Shown here: one piece after another, positions 38,431 through 47,925 of the stretch
How the letters are laid out: every line of letters begins with the position of its first letter
Position numbering within the stretch: the stretch's first letter is position 1
DNA from: Marsupella aquatica
Taxonomy: Eukaryota > Plantae > Marchantiophyta
Reading direction: 5' to 3'
DNA: 64,000 nt
NCBI GenBank assembly: GCA_973895155.1
Contig: OZ316894.1
Location: forward strand, 3,372,944 to 3,436,943
Position numbers and translations under genes: made by a program
The notes under the pieces: generated by a model
Database searches by the model: none
The model's input: only the letters and a program-made list of their open reading frames with translations
What the model was told of the DNA's origin: nothing

Positions 38431-39538
38431 GATTAGTGACGCTCTGCCAGATGATGGATCCACGTACTCTTTCCTAGTGCCTCGACAATCTGAGCATCAC
38501 TGATCGAACTACGCAATCGATCTCTGCATTTCGCATTGCTCAAATGGTCAGAGGACTGACTAATCAGACCCTAAGTCAGCCTTACGACCGCCCTACACTA
38601 GACGAGTGCTCTCAAGATGCAAGAGTGATCAGAACACCGCACCCGAATTGAAATAATTAGACAGATGGAAGGCGGCGTCGTCTGAAAAAATCCATCTGCG
38701 GTAAACCAGACCATTGTGCACCACTCTTTGAATCTTTTCATTTAGGTGAGCATTCGGAAAAAAGTCCTGTACGCAGTACGTTACATGAGAAGACAGATAA
38801 GAAAGCAGGGCCGGATAAGCCCAGCTTACCAGCACGAATGAACGTTATGATTCTGACGTCCACTGGTAAGGTAGAGTGGCTCGATAGAACTGACGAGAAG
38901 GGCCTGCAACCCTGTTTGCGTAGGCGGCTCAGACACGCACCTTCAGATCCTCACACTTTCAGCACAGAGGACATCCAAAGGAATTGCCGGACCTGGGAAT
39001 CAGACGGGCAGCGCAACTGTCAGTAGAATTCAAATTCCGAGGGCTCTACTAGTGGGGAGTCCAACGTCCCGGTCCCACGTGCACCATAGAGGAATTGCAA
39101 TGGTTTGGATGACTTTGTCTGCGCACAATTCCGATGAATTACGATACTCGTAGACTCGTACACAATATAACTTGTGTAGACGTAATAACCTAGAGAGTCT
39201 CATGTAACATGAGATTTCACAATCTCACGGATTCTTGGAGCCCCGGGCGGTAGGACACAGAAATCGTCCTTCCTCGTCCTTCCTCGTCCTGCCGGGCAGG
39301 CAGGTTGGACACAGGCTGGACTTCCATTCAGTTGATTATGTAATGCAAGCGGTGTTTCAAAGCAGCACAACAGTCATCGATAGATCAGGAGGGCACAACA
39401 GTCATCAGGAGGGGCAAACTAATGCAAACTAAGAAGAAGGTCACATTCCTTTGACGACAATTTTATCAATCACAGCAATTTTTCCAGCAGCAGGCAGTCA
39501 TGAGTCAGCTGAATCTCCTTCGTCCTCGTTGCGATTTC

Positions 39539-39804
39539 TGAAGAAACTGACGAGCGCAGCTTCCCATAATTTACACAGCAAGAATACAGAATGAACAGTG
39601 AATTGGTCCTTAAGAGAGTGGTTGGCGAGAGAATGCACCGCACCAGATCAGTGAATACTAATCGGACCGTAAGTAAGATTAACCCTAAATCTAACGGTAA
39701 TCACACATATACAGGCCCCCCCAGATAACACCTAAGCGAAGGGGGAACAGACAAAGGAACAGCAAGTGGCGTATGTACACCGGATGAACGTCGTAAACTT
39801 AACA
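39539..39804 (-). repeat. 3' LTR (266 bp)
   Basis: TG...CA ends; identical to 44947-45212; next to the PPT acgggaggggg on the minus strand. Confidence 0.96.
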
Positions 39805-39852
39805 CCCCCTCCCGTCCGGTAATCCATCAAATGCACAGAGCAAGTGGGGAGA

Positions 39853-40431
39853 ATGGACGTAAGCAGAGTGGGCCTGCAAGTGCTCTGGGTGTTGTTGGGT
39901 ACGATAAGCTTGGTACTCAAGGTGCTGGGAGATATGGTCGAGACTCAATTCCAGTATGTACAATGGAAGTTGAATGTGAGTGCGACTGAGGTAGAAGAGC
40001 ACCAGGGCGAGAGAGAGGACGAGCCACAGATAGGGGAGCAGGTCAAACAGGTAATGGTGAAAGTCACCCGAGCGCCTGATGTACAGGGTGCACAGCACAC
40101 GATACAGCCAGTTGTGCCAACATCCCGCTACTTCAGTGACCATACCACAAGGCGAAAGTACTATGCAGTGGTGCGGGGATATGTTCCAGGCTTGTATGAT
40201 TCCTGGGAGGACTGTGAGCCACAAGTAAAGGGGTATAAGGGTCAGGTGTACAAGTCCTTCAAGTCGAGAAGCGAGGCAGAACGATACTTGCAGGAGAAGT
40301 TGCAGCGAGCAGGGGACCACGCAGTCCATGGGCACCGATTTCGAAGCATGGGGCAAGGCAATTTTGGTGGTCAGCTATATAGATGTGAATACTGCTTAGA
40401 GGTATATCACGATGCTACGCATCCTGAGTAG
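39853..40431 (+). CDS. Retrotransposon antisense ORF: hydrophobic N-terminus, RNase H1 N-terminal (hybrid-binding / caulimovirus viroplasmin-like) domain and His/Cys tail
   Basis: 192 aa from the ATG at 39853. 40156-40290 encodes KYYAVVRGYVPGLYDSWEDCEPQVKGYKGQVYKSFKSRSEAERYL, matching the family pattern YYAVxxGxxPGIYxxWxxCxxQVxGyxgaxyKsFxtxxEAxxyl. Confidence 0.85.
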   Translation: MDVSRVGLQVLWVLLGTISLVLKVLGDMVETQFQYVQWKLNVSATEVEEHQGEREDEPQIGEQVKQVMVKVTRAPDVQGAQHTIQPVVPTSRYFSDHTTRRKYYAVVRGYVPGLYDSWEDCEPQVKGYKGQVYKSFKSRSEAERYLQEKLQRAGDHAVHGHRFRSMGQGNFGGQLYRCEYCLEVYHDATHPE

Positions 40432-43400
40432 CTGCGTTACCCAGGGTAGGTAGAATGTCGCGCAGGGACTTCATGCCAAGGAATTCACGATGTTTCTCAA
40501 ACTTCCATCTTGGAAGGGATTTTGTAAGGATATCTGCAGGTTGCTCTACAGTGGGAATGTACTTAAGCGTCACTTCTCCTTCCAGGACTCTTTCCCTGAT
40601 GTAATGGTGCTGGAGTTCGATGTGCTTGGTCCGAGCATGGAAGATGGGGTTCTTCGCCAAATTAATTGAGCCTTGGTTGTCGCAATGTAGGTTTAGATGA
40701 GCATCTTGCAAGGTGGGTTGACTGGCCACCGACAGATTTGAAATCACCTCCTGATTTTGGCAATTCAATGCCACCCGAATTTCTGGGATGAAGCTCAACT
40801 CTGAGAGCAGACGCCTAAGGAAGACAGCTTCTCGAGCTCCTTCCGATAGGGCTCTGTACTCAGCTTCAGTTGTACTCTGTGAGACCGTTGCTTGTCGTTT
40901 GCTCGCCCAAGTAACAGTGCCCCCAGCAAATTGGAACACATAGGCCCCAATGGATCTTCGAGTGTCTTTGCAAGCAGCATGGTCTGAGTCAGTGTAGCCT
41001 GAGAGAGACAAAGTTCCAGTTCTCTGGAAGAGTAAGCCGAAATCAATGGTGGATTTGATGTATCTGAGAACGTGCCTTGCAGCATCCATGTGTTTTTGTT
41101 GTGGAGATGACATAAATCTGCTGAGAATCCCCACCGCATACGCCAAATCCAGTCTGGTGTTAGTTAAGTAGATCAACTTGCCAACTAACTTGCAGTAGTG
41201 AGTGGCATCCACGTCAGGTGATAGCGTATCAGCCGATACATCAAATCCTTCGGGTAGAGGAGTCGCTGCTCCTTTGCAGTCTTGCATTTCAAATTCCTCC
41301 AGGAAGCTTTGGCAGTAGTCACGTTGATGGATGAACATTCCATCGGCCACATCTACAAAATCTATTCCCAAATACCTGGTGACTTTGCCCAGATCCTTCA
41401 TTTTGTACTGTTGGCTGAGTTGTGCTTTGACCTCATCAATTTTGGCATCGTCATTGCCAGTGATGAGTAGGTCATCAACGAAAAGAAGCAGAAGAACAAT
41501 TTTCCCTCCTTTGTTGATGAAGTACAAATTATGATCAGCAGTGCTCCGGGTCCACCCTTTTGAGCGAAGGAACCGATCAACTTCCTCATACCATGCACGC
41601 GGGGACTGCTTTAAGCCATAGATGGATCGATTTAGCTGGCACACAAGGTGTTCGGATCCTGGGACCTCAAATCCTGGTGGTTGCACCATGTAGATTAGTT
41701 CCTTGAGCTTGCCGTTCAAGAAAGCCGTGATGACATCCATTTGGCTGATGGACCAGCCAAGAGCTGCAGCGAGTGCAATAACCAGTCTAATGGTTGACCA
41801 CTTGACAACCGGTGCGAAAGTGTCCTCAAAATCAACTCCAAAGCGCTGTTCAATACCACGAGCCACCAGGCGAGCTTTCAGTCGAGTGCGAGTGGGGTTT
41901 ACTTCTGGCTTCGCCCTATACAGCCACCTAGCAGAGATGGCCCTCTTTCCTGGTGGGAGTGCAGTGAGGACCCATGTCTCATTTTCGATCAGAGAATCAA
42001 ATTCTTCTTTCATAGCTGCATTCCACTGAGGGTCCAAACGGGCTTGCTGGAATGAGATGTTTTCATTCACAGGGTCGGTAGTCTCGACTAGGCAGACATC
42101 AGGGTTGTTGGGTCGAAAATCCAACACGTAATCTTGGCGTAGACGAACTGGGAGTTCCCTTGCACGAGATGACTGCCTGCGAATTGGGAATGGCAATGGT
42201 AATGTGCTCGTAGGGGTAGAGTCAGCTGGTGCGGGCTCAACTTCAAGAGAAGAATCGACTGGCTCAAGTGGCTCTAAGTTGGAGTCAGTACTATTACCAG
42301 GATCTACAGGCACAGAGTCGGGAGATGCAGGTTCAGATGCAGAGTAGGAATTTTGTTCCTGTGTTGCAGGAGAGATATAAATGGACTGAGCCGGTGAAAT
42401 CAATGGTAATTCTGCAGTGGCTTGAGATGGTTTGATGTTGAAGTCAAACATCTTTAACTCATTGAACACAACATCACGACTGATGTAGATTTTTCTTTTG
42501 ATAGGATCATAGCACCTGTATGCTTTCGATTTCTCGTCATATCCCACCAATGCAGTCCGAATGGACTTTGCTGACAGCTTATGTCTCAGTTCACTAGGAA
42601 CATGAACGTACGCCAGGCATCCAATAATTCTTAGACTAGACAGGTCAGGCTTGGCATTGTATAATTGCTGGAAAGGTGTGGAGGAGGTCAAAGAGGAAGT
42701 GTCACACCTGTTGAGCACATACGTGGCTGATTGAATGAGCTCATCCCATAGGAACGTGGGAGCTCCACTCGCAATGTGGGCGCTGCGTGCTGCTTCGAGC
42801 AGTGTTCGGTTTTTCCTTTCTGCTACTCCATTTTGCTGAGGTGTGCGAGCCGCTGTGAGTTGCCTCTTGATCCCTTGTCTGTCGCAAAATTGGCAGAATT
42901 CGTTGGACAAGTATTCACCTCCTCGATCTGATCGAACACATTGAATTTTGCTGTCGAATTCATTTTCGACCATAGCTTTAAAGTCTTTGAACTTTAAGAA
43001 GGCTTCACTTTTGGCTTTCAGGAAATACACCCATGTGTAGCGAGAGAAATCATCCGTGAATGTAAGCAAATATTTTGCTTTAGAAAGAGATGAAACAATG
43101 AAGGGGCCACAGAGATCCGTATGAACCAATTGCAGTGGTTTGGTTGACCTGTTGGCAGATTTCTTGGGTATGCGCTCTCGATGTTGTTTCCCCATGATGC
43201 ATGTATCACAGACATGATCCTCCAATGGCAGCTTGGGCAGACCTTCAACCAACTCGTTTGAAGACATGTTGTAAACTCTGCGGAAGTTCACGTGACTGAG
43301 CCTTCGGTGCCATAGCTCAAGAGGTGACACATCGCTTTGTGTCTCACTGTCAGCATTGCTCGTAGGTGTGTTGGATGGAGGACTGCTGGCATGCTCGTCC

Positions 43401-44872
43401 GTGCTGTCTACTAATGAAATGTGTATTTCAGAGCACAGCTTGGCATTGCCCTGAATAGACGAGTCTAGTCGGTATAGACTATTGTGTCTATCCCTTGTTG
43501 CCCTCAGAAAGATCTTATTAGGATCTTCTTTATCCAACACGTAGCAATGACGGGAATTAAATAATACATTGTGGCCTTCATCAGCCAACTGACCAACTGA
43601 CAAGAGATTGCGAGTCATAGCAGGCACGTACAAAACCTTTTTGACCACTTTATTTCCATTGAACTTAGTGCTGCCTCTTCCAGCAACTGGAATGCGTGCA
43701 CCAGAGGCAGTAGTTACATTGGAGGTGGATGCGTATGGAACAACGTGATTAAGAGTACTCTTGTTCCCAGTTACATGAGTACTAGCACCTGAATCAACTA
43801 GCCAATCTTGACTAGCTTTGAATTCTGTGAGATTAACTTCTAAGATGCTTCTGTCGGGATCGCTGTCGGACTCACATTCTTCAGGTTCCACCGTCTCAGC
43901 CACGTTTGCATGGTGCATGCCTTTCTTAATGTCCGCATGCTTGATTTGTAGGCCCTTGATTTGGCTCTCAATCTTCTTGAGGCATTCCCCTTCCCAGTGA
44001 CCAATATGCCCACAGAAATTGCAGGCTTCGGTCTTCCTGGCTGAAGAAGGTGCGCTTCGTCCCCGTCCACGATAGTTGTTTCTGCCTCTGCCACGTCCAC
44101 GAAGAGGGCCACCACGCTGGGTGTTGTAGCTAGTCATCAGTGCTTCTTCGGTGTCGTTGCTCTGTAAAGCCCGTTGCATTTCTTCGGCCTCAAGGTGACC
44201 AATAAGGTCTGAGAATGACAGTGTCGGGAACTGATGCAGCAAGGTACCAAACGACATGATAAATGGCTTCCAGCTCGCAGGTAATCCTTTGAGAGTGGTG
44301 CGGATTAGTTCCTTATCTTCTATAACAAAATTGATGTCACCTAGCTGCATCACCAAGTTGTCAATCTCACGAATGTATTCCTCAACACTACTCCCTTCGG
44401 ACATGTGCATCTTAGACAGTTTATCCCTGAGGATGAGCTGCTTACCCATGGCCGCGGATTCAAAACGCGATTTCAGCTGCAGCCATATCTTGGCAGGATC
44501 GTCAATGTACTTCTTCACGATAGGGAAGATGTGATCCTTGACCGTCTGAGAGAAGATGTAGATTGCTCTTTCCTTCTTTTCTTCGATTTGCTCTGGCGTG
44601 AGTTGCATTGGCTTCGTGGGGTCTGGACTGACCAGCTCGAACCACACTTTATCCTTGCGGAACTGTCGCTCCACCTTGAAGGACCACCCGATGAAATTCT
44701 TACTGCCATCGAGCTTGTCCTTGTCTGCATAGACGAGGCCTTTGTCAAACTCGTAGTGGACATTCTGAGCTGCAGAAGGTCCAGTGCTTGGCGATGCTTG
44801 CTGTGTGCTGCTGCCTGGTGAGGCAGCTTGGGAGCCGCTGCTCTGTGATGATCGCTGTGGGCCGCCAGCCAT
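40415..44872 (-). CDS. Copia Gag-Pol polyprotein (gag, zinc knuckle, protease, integrase, RT, RNase H)
   Basis: Single ORF with first ATG at 44872. Motifs in copia order: CNFCGHIGHWEGEC, WLVDSGAS, LWHRRLSH, HTDLCGP/RSDRGGEY/NGVAERKNRTL, FVDD, YTDSD/TEAEY/HCDNQ/ADILTK. Confidence 0.97.
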   Translation of the reverse strand: MAGGPQRSSQSSGSQAASPGSSTQQASPSTGPSAAQNVHYEFDKGLVYADKDKLDGSKNFIGWSFKVERQFRKDKVWFELVSPDPTKPMQLTPEQIEEKKERAIYIFSQTVKDHIFPIVKKYIDDPAKIWLQLKSRFESAAMGKQLILRDKLSKMHMSEGSSVEEYIREIDNLVMQLGDINFVIEDKELIRTTLKGLPASWKPFIMSFGTLLHQFPTLSFSDLIGHLEAEEMQRALQSNDTEEALMTSYNTQRGGPLRGRGRGRNNYRGRGRSAPSSARKTEACNFCGHIGHWEGECLKKIESQIKGLQIKHADIKKGMHHANVAETVEPEECESDSDPDRSILEVNLTEFKASQDWLVDSGASTHVTGNKSTLNHVVPYASTSNVTTASGARIPVAGRGSTKFNGNKVVKKVLYVPAMTRNLLSVGQLADEGHNVLFNSRHCYVLDKEDPNKIFLRATRDRHNSLYRLDSSIQGNAKLCSEIHISLVDSTDEHASSPPSNTPTSNADSETQSDVSPLELWHRRLSHVNFRRVYNMSSNELVEGLPKLPLEDHVCDTCIMGKQHRERIPKKSANRSTKPLQLVHTDLCGPFIVSSLSKAKYLLTFTDDFSRYTWVYFLKAKSEAFLKFKDFKAMVENEFDSKIQCVRSDRGGEYLSNEFCQFCDRQGIKRQLTAARTPQQNGVAERKNRTLLEAARSAHIASGAPTFLWDELIQSATYVLNRCDTSSLTSSTPFQQLYNAKPDLSSLRIIGCLAYVHVPSELRHKLSAKSIRTALVGYDEKSKAYRCYDPIKRKIYISRDVVFNELKMFDFNIKPSQATAELPLISPAQSIYISPATQEQNSYSASEPASPDSVPVDPGNSTDSNLEPLEPVDSSLEVEPAPADSTPTSTLPLPFPIRRQSSRARELPVRLRQDYVLDFRPNNPDVCLVETTDPVNENISFQQARLDPQWNAAMKEEFDSLIENETWVLTALPPGKRAISARWLYRAKPEVNPTRTRLKARLVARGIEQRFGVDFEDTFAPVVKWSTIRLVIALAAALGWSISQMDVITAFLNGKLKELIYMVQPPGFEVPGSEHLVCQLNRSIYGLKQSPRAWYEEVDRFLRSKGWTRSTADHNLYFINKGGKIVLLLLFVDDLLITGNDDAKIDEVKAQLSQQYKMKDLGKVTRYLGIDFVDVADGMFIHQRDYCQSFLEEFEMQDCKGAATPLPEGFDVSADTLSPDVDATHYCKLVGKLIYLTNTRLDLAYAVGILSRFMSSPQQKHMDAARHVLRYIKSTIDFGLLFQRTGTLSLSGYTDSDHAACKDTRRSIGAYVFQFAGGTVTWASKRQATVSQSTTEAEYRALSEGAREAVFLRRLLSELSFIPEIRVALNCQNQEVISNLSVASQPTLQDAHLNLHCDNQGSINLAKNPIFHARTKHIELQHHYIRERVLEGEVTLKYIPTVEQPADILTKSLPRWKFEKHREFLGMKSLRDILPTLGNAATQDA

Positions 44873-44934
44873 TCTGCTCAGCACGCGAGTAACGCTGGGA
44901 GATTCTCACCACGATTGTGCTCTGGCAGTCTGTT

Positions 44935-44946
44935 GCTCTGATACCA
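44935..44946 (-). promoter_or_regulatory. Primer binding site for initiator tRNA-Met
   Basis: TGGTATCAGAGC lies directly inside the 5' LTR on the minus strand. Confidence 0.95.
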
Positions 44947-45212
44947 TGAAGAAACTGACGAGCGCAGCTTCCCATAATTTACACAGCAAGAATACAGAAT
45001 GAACAGTGAATTGGTCCTTAAGAGAGTGGTTGGCGAGAGAATGCACCGCACCAGATCAGTGAATACTAATCGGACCGTAAGTAAGATTAACCCTAAATCT
45101 AACGGTAATCACACATATACAGGCCCCCCCAGATAACACCTAAGCGAAGGGGGAACAGACAAAGGAACAGCAAGTGGCGTATGTACACCGGATGAACGTC
45201 GTAAACTTAACA
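44947..45212 (-). repeat. 5' LTR (266 bp)
   Basis: Identical to 39539-39804; followed by the PBS. Confidence 0.96.
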
Positions 45213-45416
45213 ATTTCTACGTCATGAGTCTCCAGGATTTCAAGAATGGGTGCGCGATGCTAGTCAACAGTACCGGTACAGTCCATATATGTCGATGGAT
45301 GGGAACGCCACCTCGATCCCACTCTCGCTTCCTCCTGCTCGTCGCTGAAGTGGAGCTCTCGCCCCGAATTGGAGGTCTCGCTCACTCTGGAGTGCGCACC
45401 GTCTAATTAATTGGGA

Positions 45417-45425
45417 TTATATAAA
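45417..45425 (-). promoter_or_regulatory. Candidate TATA box of RLK copy A (paralogous site at 56389-56397)
   Basis: The minus strand reads TTTATATAA here and TTTATAAAA in copy B, both just upstream of a conserved GC/purine-rich leader-like sequence. Confidence 0.4.
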
Positions 45426-45950
45426 TGTGCGGTGAGAACAGTGTGGACTATGGTTGAACTTGTACGCCCGTTCGGAACTGGCTATTGTAGACTGGTCCAA
45501 GCTTAGATTAGGGGTTACTAGAAGGGCTAGGGGTTCCAATAAAATTGCTGGGTTCTTGACTTGGTCTCGTTACCAGCTTGATTGTCAGTTTGGGCAGTTT
45601 GGGGTGATTTCTTTAATATTAAACATTAGTATTGTTTTTACTAGTTGGAAAAGGACCTTTTCACTAAAATAGACCAAGCAAACCGTTAAAAGAAGAAAAA
45701 AAGAAAGATATGTGTATCACACTGTCAAAGGGCAAAAATGCTAGACCAGGAGACATGGTTCCAGTGGCAAAGCAACCCAATTAAGGGGGGTGGGGGCAGA
45801 AGGAAAAATGCCCTGGCCAAGATGACCAAAGAGGCTCCAAAAGCCAACTAAGGAGTCCCCCCAAACAAAAATGGAACAAGAGACAAAGAACCTACCATGG
45901 AGCAACCAAAACCAACTGGCTAAGCTCTACAAAGGATAGTGAGAGCTTGA

Positions 45951-46328
45951 TGTTAGGTATTGCCTCTACCTTGTACTCGGTTAAATGCACTTAGCATTAG
46001 CTCTAGTTAGACAGTAACAGAGTTTGTGGAGTGGTTCACTCGAGTAGGCATAATACCTTAGAGAGTTCCAGTGTGGAACTCATTTTACACAATGAGGTCT
46101 TCGGTGAAAGACCTAGAGAGGAGATATGCCTTAGAGCTCCGTGGAGGAGGCTATGGTGGACCATGTATGATTTGATCATTAGTAATTTTCTCGACGACAG
46201 TGGACGTAGCCCATCCGGGTGAACCACTTATATGCTGTGTAGTCTCATGGTGAATGTGCATGAGTTGTTGACGTGCGGCATTGTTGATGTGACTCTTGTG
46301 TAAATCCTGGTTGACAATTTTCCCAACA
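45951..46328 (+). mobile_element. Solo LTR (378 bp) with near-perfect TSD
   Basis: TGTTAG...CCAACA ends, flanked by CTTGA and CCTGA; internal gtggacgtagc...gaaccac motif typical of plant copia LTRs; empty site at 46405-46409. Confidence 0.75.
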
Positions 46329-46651
46329 CCTGAGGTGCTATGAAGTGCAACACACACAGTGTGTAAAGAAGGCTATGAGTAAGCTCTACAAAGGATAGTG
46401 AGAGCCTGAGTGCTATGAAGTGCAACACACACACAATGTGTAAAGAAGGCTATGAGTACAGAGACAGGGAGAAAAGGCCTAAACTCATACAAAAAAGTTG
46501 CACAAGGCCGAAGGAACTGGTCAAAGCAGGGCGGAAAGTTCCCCAAAACCCTCCAATGAGAGGGCCTTTTCCTTGAGCTGGGTTGCCTTGGTGGTAGTAT
46601 GGCCAGGCACATGGGTAGCAAGAGCTACTAAGAAAAAATTCCTTTACAAAG

Positions 46652-47150
46652 ACAAGTCCAACAATGTGGTCTTCTAGCTTGGTCCCACAGACCTTTAAAG
46701 ATCTATATCTAGCTTTGACTTAGTATGCCTCTCTCCCTTCTCTCTAAGATTAGATTTTGTGCTAGGATGCCTCTGTATCTTCTCTCTAAGATTAGATTTT
46801 GTGCTAGGTATTACCCTTATTTTGTATGGCGTTTGGTAACTGCACACCAAATAACAGTAGTACCTAGACAGAACAATACTCCCTGATGTAAACGAGCAAT
46901 CAGTTGTAACTTGGTATGGAAAATCCACTCAACTGTGGTTGGGTACTTGCCACGTGAACAAATTATGGGGTCTGGTGTTGGTTTTTTATGTCCCGTTTGA
47001 TGTGCAATTACCCCATCCTCTTGGAATAATGAACAAAACGAAGCATCAAGGAAACAGCACATTATGTGGTGAGCAGAAGTCAACCATAAGGTCTTCTGAC
47101 TAGGTCCATCCACGAATTTCTTGCAGAGTATCCTGGATTTGATGTGCCTG
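46652..47150. repeat. Old dispersed repeat (possibly LINE-derived), with an interrupted copy at about 59438-60490
   Basis: Shared blocks ggtcttctagcttggtcccacaga, ggtaactgcacaccaaata, ctgtggttgggtacttgccac and tttgatgtgcaattacccca occur in the same order in both copies. Confidence 0.7.
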
Positions 47151-47409
47151 TGTGAAATTAAACAGTGGGCCATGGCTCCAACCCATCTCGGGCGAGTTTT
47201 CAATTCTGGGAAAGGTAAAGATCTGAACATGGGCCTTTGTTGACTCATCTACTATCCTACATGGTTCATCCTGGCTCATGGTAAATTAATGGAGATGACT
47301 CATTGGAATTAAGTGCATTTATGGCAGTCAGACTAGTGCTGCCCAAAGTAACTGAAATTATGCAAAACAAATTCTAAGTGTCAAGAGTTGCTATATGGCG
47401 AATCCACTT

Positions 47410-47925
47410 TTCATGTTTTGTCTTATTCATAATTTTTTGTCATGTATTTTTATTTGAATGTACCTTAACAAGGGGCATCCTTTGTATCATATAGACTTTT
47501 AATTCATTTTTGGAACCCTTTAACTTTTGGTATCCTATAGGATTTTGAATTTATTGTGGCAGCCCCCTTAATTTTTAAACTTTGTTATGTCCTAGAGAGA
47601 AACCATGGGCTTCATTTTCTAATACTTTTAAGTATTCTCATGAGCGAGAGGAATGATTCTAAGTACCATCAACACATCGTGTCTTAATTTCCCTCATGGC
47701 TTTCTCGTAGCATCTTTGTGTCATAAAATTTAGTTGTAATTTCATTGGTCACTATGTGCTTTTATTTGCATGTGCTTTACTTATATTATTTTACCCATTC
47801 ACATTTAATATGTATTCTAGGTTATTCTCATTTAATATGTATTCTAGGTTTACTCTCTAATTTCATCCACTTACACATCACTACCAGACAAAAAGTAAAG
47901 CATGTTCCAGGATGAGCATGCTATA
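47410..47925 (+). repeat. AT-rich dispersed repeat, copy 2
   Basis: Colinear with 11217-11935. Confidence 0.85.

Larger units (their letters stand above)
39539..45212 (-). mobile_element. Intact Ty1/copia LTR retrotransposon with an additional antisense ORF
   Basis: Identical 266-bp LTRs (39539-39804 and 44947-45212); TSD ATTTC at 39534-39538 and 45213-45217; PBS TGGTATCAGAGC; PPT at 39805-39815; uninterrupted gag-pol. Confidence 0.97.

Noticed and set aside
39799-40356. Hydrophobic 185-aa sense-strand ORF after pol, in an env-like position
   Set aside because: It lies in the exact antiparallel codon frame of the antisense ORF, whose Glu/Gln/Lys codons read as Leu/Phe on the other strand, and it has no recognisable motif. 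It is most simply a shadow ORF, although not formally excluded.
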